From: Selaginella moellendorffii
Taxonomy: Eukaryota; Plantae; Lycopodiophyta
Reading direction: 5' to 3'
Assembly: GCF_000143415.4 (NCBI RefSeq)
Contig: NW_003314273.1
Span: 437,526-501,525, forward strand
Length of the DNA stretch: 64,000 bases
Shown here in pieces: positions 11,485 to 23,149 of the stretch. Under the pieces are notes generated by a model. The model did not search any database, had not been told where the DNA came from, and worked only from the letters and a program-made list of their open reading frames with translations. Within the stretch, counting starts at the first letter, position 1; each line of letters starts with the position of its first letter. The position numbers were made by a program, and so were the translations under genes.

Positions 11485-14400
11485 ACTCCACCACCCATAA
11501 ACGAAGTTCGATGTCCTCATCGAACGGTAAACCTTTTTATAAAGTAACACCCGCAAGTATTATCATTTCCATCCTTGGCACCTAGCCAATATTTGCCTTT
11601 GGTTTGACCCCGAAGGCTCACCATGCCTTGTCCATCCTCTAAGGGGCATAGTCTCTCCAACATAGAGACTCACTTGACCACCTAGGGTGGTTTGCTCCCT
11701 TTTATTGGTTCAGTTCTCGCTAAACCCATTAGAGATACCCTCTCTAACTCAATTTCACTACTCATTCTCAAGTAGTCTCAGATTCCATTGACATAACCTC
11801 TACACTTTGGAACTTCTAATTTTGACTTCTCCGAGTCAATTTCCTAGGTGTCTCTGACACCTTACACTGCACATGGTGCAACTCCACCTCCCTATCCTAG
11901 GAAGTTCTTTACTTGAGGGTACCATCATCCTCTCTTCGATATCGTGCCACCTTTGGGCACCAAGTTCCAGTTATCATAATTGGTGCTAGGGCTGCCCATG
12001 GCCCTATTATTTGGCTACCTTACCGCTCCCCCCTTTAGAGCATCCACTTTCGCCAAATCGGAGCAGTTGGGAATCCATCCTTGGGGAAACATTGCCTTTC
12101 CCACAATCCATTAACACCCAACACATTAGTGTTCTCGGCTTAACTTTGCCATTTGGATTCTTTCCCATGATTCCCATGGCTCTTTTCTTAGCCACTAATC
12201 TTTTGCTCCTATCCTTGATTGTTGCACCCAACAACATAGGATCGCTACCTCCATTTTTGAGGTTTCCTTTCAGTTCCATAGCAAACACTTTGCTTTGCCA
12301 AGTCCAAAGGGTGTTCACCCCTAGTATGTCTCTTTAACATTTTCTGTCGTGGGCTCTATCCACGGCCCAACTTTTTGAGACCCTCCCTTGGATCTCTTAT
12401 AGAGACTACTTTCCTTGGACTTACTATGCCATAGCATTGACACAACTCATTTCCCTTAGGTGTTCTTCCCACTTGGTCACCTCGACCAAGCCACACCTTT
12501 ATCAATAGTTCAAATCAACACTTGAACTAGGAATCATATTCCTTAACCCAAACAAAGACTTTGTCCTTGTTTAGCCACAAGATCACCTAGTGATCTCATC
12601 TTGACCCCTTAATAGGTCTATCAATAGGAACTAGGTCTTCCAGACCCTTCTAAGTTGTTGGCTATGACCCCAGGGGCATCCCCCACACTTGGCGGTGTGC
12701 CCAAGCCAGCCCTTTCGGCCAAGGATCCATAGCAATTGAGACTTGGGTGTCCCCATCTCATTCACCACGTCCTTGGTGCCCTTTGCACCAAAGTGTTCAA
12801 GTTAGATATGCCGAACTTTCACTCTAAGCGATCTAACCGTGCATCACGACTCCGAGGCATCCCTCGCTTGGCGGTGTGCCCAAACCAGTCTCCTCACTGA
12901 GAGTCCATGACCACCGAAATATGAGTGTCCTCATATTCCAAACCATCACCACGCCCTAGTGATTTGGGACTCGAACCCAAGCACTAGAGGGTCGGGACTC
13001 GAACCCAACCTCCGTATATGCATCTACGGATGACATCACACCGGATGCCTGGCGTGACTCCCCACGCCGGTGCACCAACTTATATTTAAAGCGCGCTACA
13101 GATCACAACTTAGGAACCTAGTTCCCCCGCACTGCCAAGTCCTCTCGCTTGACAAGTTTGTGATCATGCATGAACTCCTCCATGCTCGGCCCTATGGCCC
13201 ACCCTTTTTGAAGTTATCACCTTCAACTAGGGCATTGGTTCCCCCGACTTGCCAATCTCGCTTGGCAAGTCCTCCGACCACTGTAACATGGTTCCTGCAT
13301 AAGCGTGAAAGTCCTTGACCATCGACTTTCGTTCAAAGCCCTCTCTTTGAACACTCGGGAACTACTTCCTTAACCTTGATATCCTTGCCTCATGGCAAGC
13401 TTCAAGACCATGCTTCTGTTGCGCCATTTTGATTTCGCGCGTTCCATGAACCATTTACACTTGGCTTTTCTATGTACTAAGCTACCTAGAATCGTCTTTG
13501 GGAACCTTGAAGGAACTTTGTCCCTTAGCTTGCTAAGGCCTCCCTTTCCGCAAGCTTTATAGTTGCCATATAGTCTAATATGGACAATTCCATTTTTTAG
13601 ACTCTCCATGGCATCACGGTTGCTAGCAACAACATCCTCGAGCACCTTCTTGATTCTCCACTCCCAACTTGCATAATCACTGTTGGTTATGCTTTTTGAT
13701 TTCTATGGTTCAGTTCCATCCCAATACTACTTGCCTTTTGGCCCCATATGTTTCCTTTGGTTATTCTCCTCCAGACTAGGAGGATAGCTTTGCACATTTT
13801 ACTATGCCTTAGCAAGTATTCTTGGGGATGAACCTACCCGATAGCTTAGGGAGTGGTTCCTCAATCTTGGGCATACTCACCTTATAATCCCACACATCAC
13901 TAGTCTTGCCAAAATTCCATTTTTGGCTTTGTCCAATTCGGGTAGACAGTCTTCTCCTGTCTCCACAACCTTGGACATTTGGATAGCACCTACTATCCAT
14001 CCTTCGCTAGGGACTTAGTCCCTTGGGCCTTATCTATTGCCCTTGCGACACGAAACACCACCTTCTAGTGTTCTAGAGTGTTTGGGTGTCCCAATGATGG
14101 CCTCCTGACAATAAGCATTCCCGTTTACAACATTAATTTACTATATCGCAACATAAGCAATTTATCCCTCGTAAGGGTATATCTAACTTCCTTATGCCAT
14201 TAAGAAGTCTTGGGTATCTACCTTCTACCTATTTAACCAATTATTTTGCACCTCTTGCTTATTTGCCCCATAGTTGTCAAGTCCTACAACTCATTGCTTG
14301 GTGCTTCCACACCTCCATCATTATCTGGGTCACCACACTCCAACCGCATGCCTTCCAGCTTAGGCCACGCCATTCCCGCTTCCGTTGGGATTCCCTCGGC

Positions 14401-15496
14401 AAGGGGTTCTTATGAACCCACTATCATAACCTCAAGGTATCACACCTTGGCACATTTGGTGTCTCCACACCATCGGCCCCACGAACCTACCCTTATGACA
14501 CTACTTATTAGTGCCTAGGACTTTGCCAAGATCAATATAGTTGTTCCTCATATTAACTATCCGTTAGCACCGCACAATAGTGTTTGCAGCCAACTCTGGG
14601 CCAAAGTTGCTTTCTTCTAGGAACATCTTTCCCACAACTTTAGTATGGCACATTCTACCATCAATGAGATACCTACTGTTCTCATACTTGGATCTTATGA
14701 TCCTCCCCATACCTCATGGGCACCATACACCTCAGTCCAAATGCTCCAACCAATCCCTTAGGACCATTCCCTGACTCCGCTTGAGTCATCCAGCATTTTG
14801 GACTTTGCTAATCCAACAACCTGCGAAGTCTCAATCTTAGAGGTGCCAACTCATTGGAATACAACTTCTTGTATTCATGTCCTACTCACAAGGACAATCT
14901 TTGCAAATGTTACTCTGACACTTAATGATTTTCTTTGGGCTAACCTTTGCCCCTTAGGACTACTTGTCCATGTGATGAGAATAGTAACTCATCTTTAAGT
15001 ACACCCCCAACTCCTTGGGTTTTTCTAGCATTTGTTAGAGGTAGCCCCGGCTACCATTTCAAGGATTGGTGTCCTCTTCTGTATTTGACCTCCCACGGTC
15101 AACAATTCCAGTCTCAAATTTATGAGTACCAGCCTCAACTATATAAGGGTAGTCTTGTGACTCCTTTATTGTTTTGGAGTCTACATCTTTCCCGTGATCC
15201 CAACTATAGTTGTTTACCACAACTATATTAGCCCGTTTGCTATGTCAAACGCTCATCTGGATCACATCCTCAACTCTCTGAGAAAACCCTTATACTGTTC
15301 CCAAGATCCCAAAGTCGTTCCCTTACTGGCCCTCTTCCATCCACCACCTCGTGCATGAGTTCACGCATGAACTTGAGTGGAGAGCCATGTCCTTTCGACA
15401 TGCTACTCCTCGAGGATAGGTCCATATCTAGAACCTTCCAACTCCAATACAAGTGGTGATATGCTTGGCCACCAATAAGAGTCGGACTAAGGAACA

Positions 15497-15508
15497 GCTC
15501 TGATACCA
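15497..15508 (-). promoter_or_regulatory. Primer-binding site (tRNA-iMet) of element A
   Basis: Minus strand TGGTATCAGAGC, 3 nt from the LTR end. This is the canonical plant iMet PBS. Confidence 0.95.
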
Positions 15509-15511
15509 AGT

Positions 15512-17314
15512 TGTAAGCGACTAATTTTTTCATTCTACTTTAGTCACTTAACCACACCTACAACCACTTGGAGGAGTCTCACTTACAACCTCCATAAGTC
15601 CTATTTCAGACTTGGGCTTGCTAGCCTCGAGAATGGCATCCCCGCCACTCAACTTTTGCACTTGATCCAAGTGCTCCACGTGTCCGATCCCATGACTGAC
15701 ACCCCAAGGTACCACTGATATATCAGCCCGTTACGCTAAGGCCATAACCCTTTACCTTGGTCACACCGGTGGTCTAACACCACCTGCATCACAGTCCCAT
15801 TTCTCAAGGACTGAGCCATCCGTCCATGAGTGATCATCCCAGATCCACTCCTTAGCATCCTTAGGATGCCCATAGACATGGGGAATAGCCTTCCCCAATA
15901 CCCCTTTTCCGGTCTTCACCAAATCCCGTTCTGCCCATGGCCGTGTTCGCCAACACTGCCACTGGATCGAGGCCCACAGGCCCGACCACTAAGTCCCACG
16001 GTCCTCTGGGACTTCCTCACCACTCGGTTGTATCCTTGGTCACTACACCGGAGGACTACTCCTCTTCCTTTCCACAGTCTGGGCCTTTGGGACAACATTT
16101 CGGAACACCGTGGCCCTACGCGGGCCTCATGGGTACTCTCCCTGCCTTCCGCCTTTGGGTGCTCTAGCCATGGGCTTAGAGCGAGGTTCCGTTGAGCCAC
16201 GCCTGGTATCCAAGTAGGTAGTGCCACCCACACTTGGACTAGGAGCATCAGCCAATCGATCTCCTGGGGGAACTAGAGCCGGCTCTTGAACGCTTCACCA
16301 AGCTACCTCGCTTGTCGGTCCGTATTCACTCTAGTCTTGGACTTCCTAATGGTCAATTCATCACCCAACATTGCGTCTGGCCTTCCTGGGCCAAACTGGC
16401 CTTTCCTGGCCAAACTGGCTCCACTGCAGTCCTCCCCCTTACTATACTTTTGGAGCTCACCAAACCCCCCAGGGTCTGGGAGACGAACGCTTTGGGCTTT
16501 CACCTTCTTAGACTCAAACTTGGACTCGGACTCAGACTCGGACTCGGACTCGGGCTCGGTCTCGGCCTCCGCCTTGGTCTTGGTCTTGGTCCCAATCTCG
16601 GTCTCGGTCTCGGTCTCGGTCCCGGTCTCGGTCTCGACCTTGGACTCCATCTCGGGTCCTTCTCGGACTCCATCTCGGATTCCATCTCGGGTCCATCTCG
16701 GACTCCATCTCGGACTCCGTCTCGGTCCATCTCGGACTCCATCTCGGACTCAGTCTCGGTCCGTCTCGGACTCCATCTCGGACTCCGTCTCGGTCTGTCT
16801 CGGACTCCATCTCGGACTCCACTTCGGACTCCGTCTCGGACTCCGTCTCGGTCCATCTCGGACTCCACCTCGGACTCCACCTTGGACTCCATCTCGGACT
16901 CCATCTCGGACTCCACCTCGGACTCCATCTTGGACTCCGTCTTGGTGCATCTCGGACTCCATCTCGGACTCCGTCTTGGTCCATCTTGGACTCCATCTTG
17001 GTCCATCTCGGACTCCATCTCGGACTCCAACTCGGGTGCATCTCAGATTCCATCTCGGACTCCATCTCGGACTCCGTCTCGGTCCATCTCGGACACTTCC
17101 ACGTGCCATGTGTTGGTCCTTTTGGGTCCCTTTTTGAAGCCTCACTTTGTGCTTGTTCCTCGAGCACTTTGTTGGGAGTTCCACTCCCGCTCTCGACCTT
17201 TCAAGTCGAAGCTTTTAGTCCAAACGTGTTATGCTCGTTTGGCTTTTGCTTCGGCCACTACCACGTGGCGCCCTTTCGGCTCCACTTTGAGGCCTATGGA
17301 TTTTGTGTCTCACA
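15512..17314 (-). repeat. 5' LTR of element A
   Basis: tgtaagcgac...gtctcaca, with the PBS immediately internal. Confidence 0.95.
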
Positions 17315-18241
17315 ACTACCTACTTGGATATTTGGTATGGCTCATCGAAACCTCGCTCTAACCACATGGCTAGGGCACCTAGAGGCAGAAGGTGGGGAGA
17401 GTACCCACAAGGTTCGCATTGGGCTATAGTGTTTCGAAATATTATCTTAAAGTCCTAGACTTTGGAAAGGAAAAGGAGTAGTCCTCTTGTGTAGTGACCA
17501 AACATATAATCACGTGGCAAGGAAGTTTTAGAGGTGGATAGGACTTAGTGGTCAGGCCTTCAGGCCTTTGGGCTAACCCAGTGGTAGTGTTGGCAAGCAC
17601 AACTGTAGTACACGTGGTTTTGACCCTTTATCCTATGGTGATTTACCATAGGATAACACCACGAAGCGGAACCTAAACCCTCTTTGTGCCACATGTCACA
17701 TGCCATGTGTCCATGCCACGTGTCCATAGGAACCCGAGGTTCAGCACCTTGGGCCACTGAATGAAGGAACGGTGCCAAACTCCCAAGCGTGGAGCCAAGG
17801 AGTGATGGAACCGAACCACGGAGCAACTCTTGAGCATAAAGCCCAAGGAGTGAAGGGACAGGAGCCCGGAGCGACTTGGAACAATCCTAGAGTAACCAAC
17901 ATTCCAATGCTAGGACTAGCACACAAAACGGAGACAAACGGAGTCTAGCGCTATTTCGGCATATTGGTGGCCTAACGTGAGAACATGGGTACTCCACCAG
18001 CTAGTATGGAATGGAACTTGGGCTTAGACCAAGCGGGAGCTAGACTATGCCTCAGGTTGGTCAGCCATGCCCGACCTACCCACTATCCCTACTATACATT
18101 TGGAACCCCCCACAGGCCCCCCCCCCCCTTGAGGAACACACGCTTTGGGCTTTCACCCCAAGCCTCCCTTAGTATCAGGAGTTAGTCTCTGGGACAAGCT
18201 TGAAACTTACTAAATATGGAATGTCCCTAGATTGTGAATTT

Positions 18242-19701
18242 GGACTCATTTATTACAAGCAAACGAGGGTGTATGTTCCAGAAGGGGAACTAAGGAAGGT
18301 AGCCTTAGAAGAGTGTCATGACAGACCTCTTGCGGGACACGGCGGAGTGCCCAAGACGATGGGCTTACTCAAGAGGAAGTACCATTGGCCAGATATGGCT
18401 AAGGACGTCCAAGACTATGTAAAGACATGTCCAACATGTCAGCAGGTCAAAGCCGTGACTAAGGCTAGTGGGGGCTTGTTGCAAAGCATCCCAATTCCAG
18501 ATCGTCCGTGGAAATGTCTGACAATGGACTTCATCACAGGACTTCCCCCAAGCGAGGGGTTTGATGCGATATTTATGGTGGTGGACCGATTTTCGAAGAT
18601 GGCACATTTCATACCCACCACAACGGAAGTGGATGCGGAAGGTGTGGCGAAGCTGTTCTTCGAACAAGTGGTTCGAGTGCGGGGAAGGCCAGAAGAGATT
18701 ATCTCAGATCGAGATAAAATCTTCACTAGTAGGTTCTGGAGAACCCTCCTGGAACAGTATCGCACCAAGTTGAAATTCAGCACAGCCTATCACCCACAGA
18801 CAGGTATGGGGTATTAAGTCAAGTTGATGGCACTAACACTTCTTGATAGACGGACAAACGGAAAGGGTGAATAGGCAGCTGGAGGATTATTTGCGATGCT
18901 ATGTCTCAGGAGACCAGACTGATTGGGTAAGTCATTTGGGACTTGCGGAAATGTGTTACAACAACTCACCACATTCGAGCATCGGGGTGAGTCCATGGGA
19001 AGTCATCAATGGGCGAGCTATTGAAGGTCCTGTGGAACTCGGCGTAGCCGCGTATCATGGAGAGCTACCCGCAGTGGAGGCATTCACGGCGGAAAGACTC
19101 AACATTTGGAATCTAGTGAGGGATTCCTTAGAACGGGCTCAACAAAGGCAAACCAAGTACGCGAACCTAAAGCGCCGGGACGTAGAGTTCCAAGCTGGGG
19201 AGAAGGTGTGGCTGAACACCAAGAACCTCAAGCTACCAAGTGGGATCAGCCGAAAGTTGACCCAAAGGTAAAAATGCATGTATTCCTGTAAATGAATTGA
19301 TCTTGAGTTCCTTAAGCAGGTTCGCGGGGCCTTACGAGATTGAGGCACGAATCGGTAAAGTGGCTTACCGACTCCGACTTCCTCGAGAGATGGGGAAGAT
19401 GCACCCAGTGTTCCACGTGAACTTACTCAAGCCGTACTTTGAGGATCCGCTTCGCAAGGACCAAGTAAGACCTTTACCTGAGGTTATCCGAGGGGAAGAG
19501 GAATACGAAGTCGAGGCCATCCTCAATGCGCGCAAGAGCAAGCGACAAGGACGTGAGGTGAGAGAGTTCCATGTGAAGTGGAAAGGATTTCCACACTGCG
19601 AAGCAACATGGGAACCGGAGGAGAACCTAGCGAACGCGCGAGATCTAGTGGAGGAATTTCTGCAAGGCAGAACTCTATGTATTTATGCAAAGTTCAATTA
19701 A
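18242..19701 (+). CDS. Spliced Ty3/gypsy chromovirus-type integrase with chromodomain; exons 18242-18803, 18850-19267, 19320-19701 (5'-truncated; in-frame ATG at 18221 comes from the host LTR)
   Basis: HHCC (CHD...GHGG...CPTC), catalytic D (MDFITGLP), D (IISDRD) and E (GQTER), GPY/F (FAGPYEI...HPVFHVNLLKPY) and chromodomain (YEVEAIL...VKWKGF...TWEPEENL). Removing two GT-AG introns restores AYHPQT-DGQTER and KLTQR-FAGPY exactly. Confidence 0.92.
18804..18849 (+). other. Spliceosomal intron 1 of the integrase (46 nt, phase 1)
   Basis: CAG|GTATGG ... CACTAAC branch-like site ... TTGATAG|AC. Excision yields ACA GAC GGA (T-D-G). Confidence 0.9.
19268..19319 (+). other. Spliceosomal intron 2 of the integrase (52 nt, phase 2)
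   Basis: AAG|GTAAAA ... TAAGCAG|G, AT-rich. Excision yields AGG TTC GCG GGG CCT TAC (R-F-A-G-P-Y). Confidence 0.9.
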
Positions 19702-19800
19702 AAATATCAATTTGCAAAGTTGAGCAAGTGGCATATGTTGGGACCCGAAGGCATGCCGAAGGTAAGCTAATTAGCATGGGTTAGCTAGGTCGACCAGGTG

Positions 19801-19875
19801 TAGGGAGCTACGCCCGACTCCCTGCGGGGATGTCGAATCCATAGGGAGCTACGCCCGACTCTCTGCGGGGATGTC
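19801..19875 (+). repeat. Two 34-bp direct repeats (41-bp period) at the 3' end of the integrase insert
   Basis: tagggagctacgcccgactc(c/t)ctgcggggatgtc at 19801-19834 and 19842-19875. Confidence 0.9.
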
Positions 19876-22094
19876 AAAAGTGTGATACACCCCTGCCCGC
19901 AAGGACATAGAGAGAGAAGCTAGAGGCCCCAACCCTCATGAGCAAAGAAACCAAACCCGTCGATAAGGTTTAAATAGACTACTGTAAACAGGCAGTTAGA
20001 GTTGTTTACACGGTCACGCCCTTTTGAACGGAATAAGGAACATCGACAGAGTGGTGGGTTATGTGACTAGTCGACAGTAGCTACCCCATGACTAGAGATT
20101 TCAATATGCACACAAAGTGCCGAAGCCAGTCTGCCTATACTGGCCCAAACTCAAAGATCAATAGATGGACAATATCAAAGTTAGAGACAATGATATCTTA
20201 GAGACTTAATTATCAGTGACTAAATCTTACATTAGAACACAAAAGTATTCCAAGCAAGTTATTGTCCAATAAACCAGTAGTATAGTATAGGAACCACCAA
20301 GATCATTGTAACTGGTAAACAGAATACAGGATCCAACAAAATTCAATAGCTAGTATATCATCAAGAAAACTCAATGATGAAACTTAACTATCGAAGATGG
20401 TAGATAGAATGCTAAACAATTTGCGAAAGAGAACTCAAAGAATACAAAGTATCATTGATTGAGAAACACAATGCTCGCGAATGTATCACCCAAAGGAAAT
20501 AACATCCCAACCTATCAGAACTAACTTGAGCAATAATCAACAGAATAGAATGAATGTGGCAAAACCAACAAACACTCATTCCTGCCAACTATCACAAAAG
20601 CCAATCCGAATAGATCCCAGCTAACAATACTAAGGAACTTAAATTGCCTAAGTAAGTGTCAGCAACATCCTACTGATGTTTCAAACCCAATAAACCAATC
20701 CAGAGCAAACCACAAAGAACATATGGTATTGCGAAAAGCCAAAAACTATCAAAGAGAACAACTAACCATCATGAAAGATCATCAATCATCCTATCAAGAA
20801 AGAGATGCATAATCATAGTTGAAGAAAGAATCTACCATCCCGAAGAATAGCAACTCAATTTATATCAACAATAATTAAGCAAAACTCTTTGACAAGGATA
20901 ATCAACTATCCTAGATGATAGTCAATTATCACCAATGATTGCTAGATGCAAATATTAACTTCAATCTGGAAGCTAGAAGCCAAAATACCTTCCCTAACAA
21001 CTTCTAACAAATGGAACAACGAGCATAAAACTCAAAGAACCAAAAGCTTGAAGAAGTCTATAGCTAAGTCTTGCCTAACAATGATCATAAGCTTTGCATA
21101 AACTAACTTCAATGCTAAAGAAGAAATCATGGTATAACTCACAATATCCTCCTCAACACATCCATAAGCTATACTACATAATGCAAAGCTAATGAAGAGC
21201 ATGTTTGCATCAATTCAAAAGCCAAGCATAATGGAGCTATGCTCAACAAGTGATCATCTAATCGATCCTCCATGAATCCATCAATAGCAAAACATAACTC
21301 ACTTCATAGCAAGCACAAGAAGAATCATCAATGATCGATATATCCCAACTGAAATCCAGCAAGGATTCAATCACTAACTCTTTCCTCTTATAAAGTTAGC
21401 ATAGTCCATGACTAAATCACTTTTCAAGAAAAAGCTCAAAACTCAACCTCTACTAAACAATCTTGTCTAGAACACAACTAACTCAAACTTGCCACTCAAT
21501 TCATTTGAACGTCAATACAGTTGCTAATTAGCAATTGTACAAATGCTAATAACACAAAGCTATAGCCAAATCATCAACACTATCTTCATCAAAACTAATG
21601 AAACTCGACATCAATCTTGCAGAGAGACATCTCATTTCACTAAAATCAACCAATTTCCTCCTATTAACAACTTCACATAGGTTCACCCCAACATAAATTC
21701 TCATGACCTATAATATGCTTAAGCCTCGAACATCTTTTTGTCCATTCTTTTGACATCCAACACCGACATCCGTAAAATGCAAATGGAACATCCAAGGCTT
21801 GATCACGAAGACCACATCTTCGGATATCCACATTGCACTAACACTCTTCTTCAACCACTTTCAAGATTCAATATGAAACTAAAACACTAATAAGAAAAAT
21901 GACATGGAAAATCAAGCTCTAAGGAAATTTCCTCATCACTTAAAATAACAATGCCACTTCCACTAACACAAATGCTAGTAATGTCAATGCCTCAACTTCA
22001 CACCTTCTCTATCCAACAATCTACTTCAAGTGTTAACGGATCAACTAATGAGCTATAGCAAATGAATGCTACAACCCTTTTTCCAACACCTTAT

Positions 22095-23149
22095 TGTAAG
22101 GAACCAACTCACCGAGGGTCGTAGGCTAAAGGAACCCCGAAAGCATGACCAAAATGACAAAGAGTTCATCGGATGGGACCAAGTCGAGGATCGAGTCCAG
22201 GACCGACTCTAGAACCGAGTTCAAGATAGAGTCCGGAATCGAGTCCAAGACCGACTCGGGGACCGAGTTCGAGTCCGAGTTCGAGACCGAGTTCGAGACG
22301 GAGTCCGAGATCCGAAGTCGGATCCGAAATCGGGTCCGAGATCGAGCCAGAGACTAAGTCCAAATACTAATACGGGTCAAGGGGTGAAAGCCCAAAGCGT
22401 GTGTCTCCCAGGGGGGGGGGGGGGGCTGCAGGGGGTTCCAAAAGTATAGTAGGGATAGTGAGGTCCAGGAACCAGTTTAGAAGGGACTCTCCAGTGGGGC
22501 TCCCAAACTGACTTGAGGTTGGGACTAGGACCGAGGGGCCTTGGGTGGGAGTGAGCATGGACTTGGTTGGTGCCGGAGGGGCCATCCAAGGAAGTGCTCA
22601 AGAGCAGCTCCCACTCCCGAAAGGGAAACCGATTGCAATGCTCCCGGCTCATGTGGAGTGGTGCCCCACTTGAGTACCATGTGGCTCATTGGTCCTTGCC
22701 CTTCCTAGGGGCTTGGGCCTTCCTTCGGGATGGAAGTGGGGGGGTAAAGGTACCCATACCGGGCCGCTAGGCCACGGTGTTTCGCCCCGGCGTCCCAAAG
22801 CAAATGTTGCACTCAAGACTTGGGATTTAGAGGGTCCCATGATCAAGTCTTGTGGTACCAGAGGATGTTAGGAACCTGGAAGCTTGGTGTGCTTGGCTGT
22901 TTGTGCTTGCGGGGAGTGTAGCCGAACCTTAAGTCCAGTCTAACCCGGGGAGGGGGATTGGGAGTGATTTGGGAATCCGTGGATGAATGGCTAACACTCC
23001 GTTGCTCGTGCAGTGAATAGCTGAAACCAAGTAGGAGCTGGTACCATAGGCGAGAACCTTGGCAAGGGAACTTAGCAAAAGCCAAGACAGTGTTGGACGG
23101 ATAGATGAGGTAAGCTGGCAAATTGGAAGGGAAAAATTTGTGGCTTACA
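22095..23149 (+). mobile_element. Solo LTR, family C (1055 bp), nested in element B
   Basis: Termini TGTAAG...CTTACA. TSD CTTAT at 22090-22094 and 23150-23154; empty site at 48454-48458. Confidence 0.95.

Larger units (their letters stand above)
9547..17314 (-). mobile_element. Full-length, apparently non-autonomous LTR retrotransposon A (7768 bp, LARD-like)
   Basis: Two LTRs (9547-11484, 15512-17314) with TG...CA ends. 5-bp TSD ACTAC at 9542-9546 and 17315-17319; empty site with a single ACTAC at 44545-44549. PBS and PPT are on the minus strand. No long ORF in the 4-kb interior. Confidence 0.95.

Noticed and set aside
10321-11585. Long ORFs (328, 343, 196 aa; likewise 16286-17429 and 8870-9334) resembling Ser-Asp repeat proteins
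   Set aside because: They arise from a stop-free 6/12-bp array inside LTRs, are open in most frames on both strands and are not conserved in frame between the LTRs.
18804-19319. Integrase breaks interpreted as ordinary frameshift decay or programmed frameshifts
   Set aside because: Both are extra 46/52-nt segments with GT-AG ends that restore conserved motifs precisely, and the rest of the frame is undamaged.
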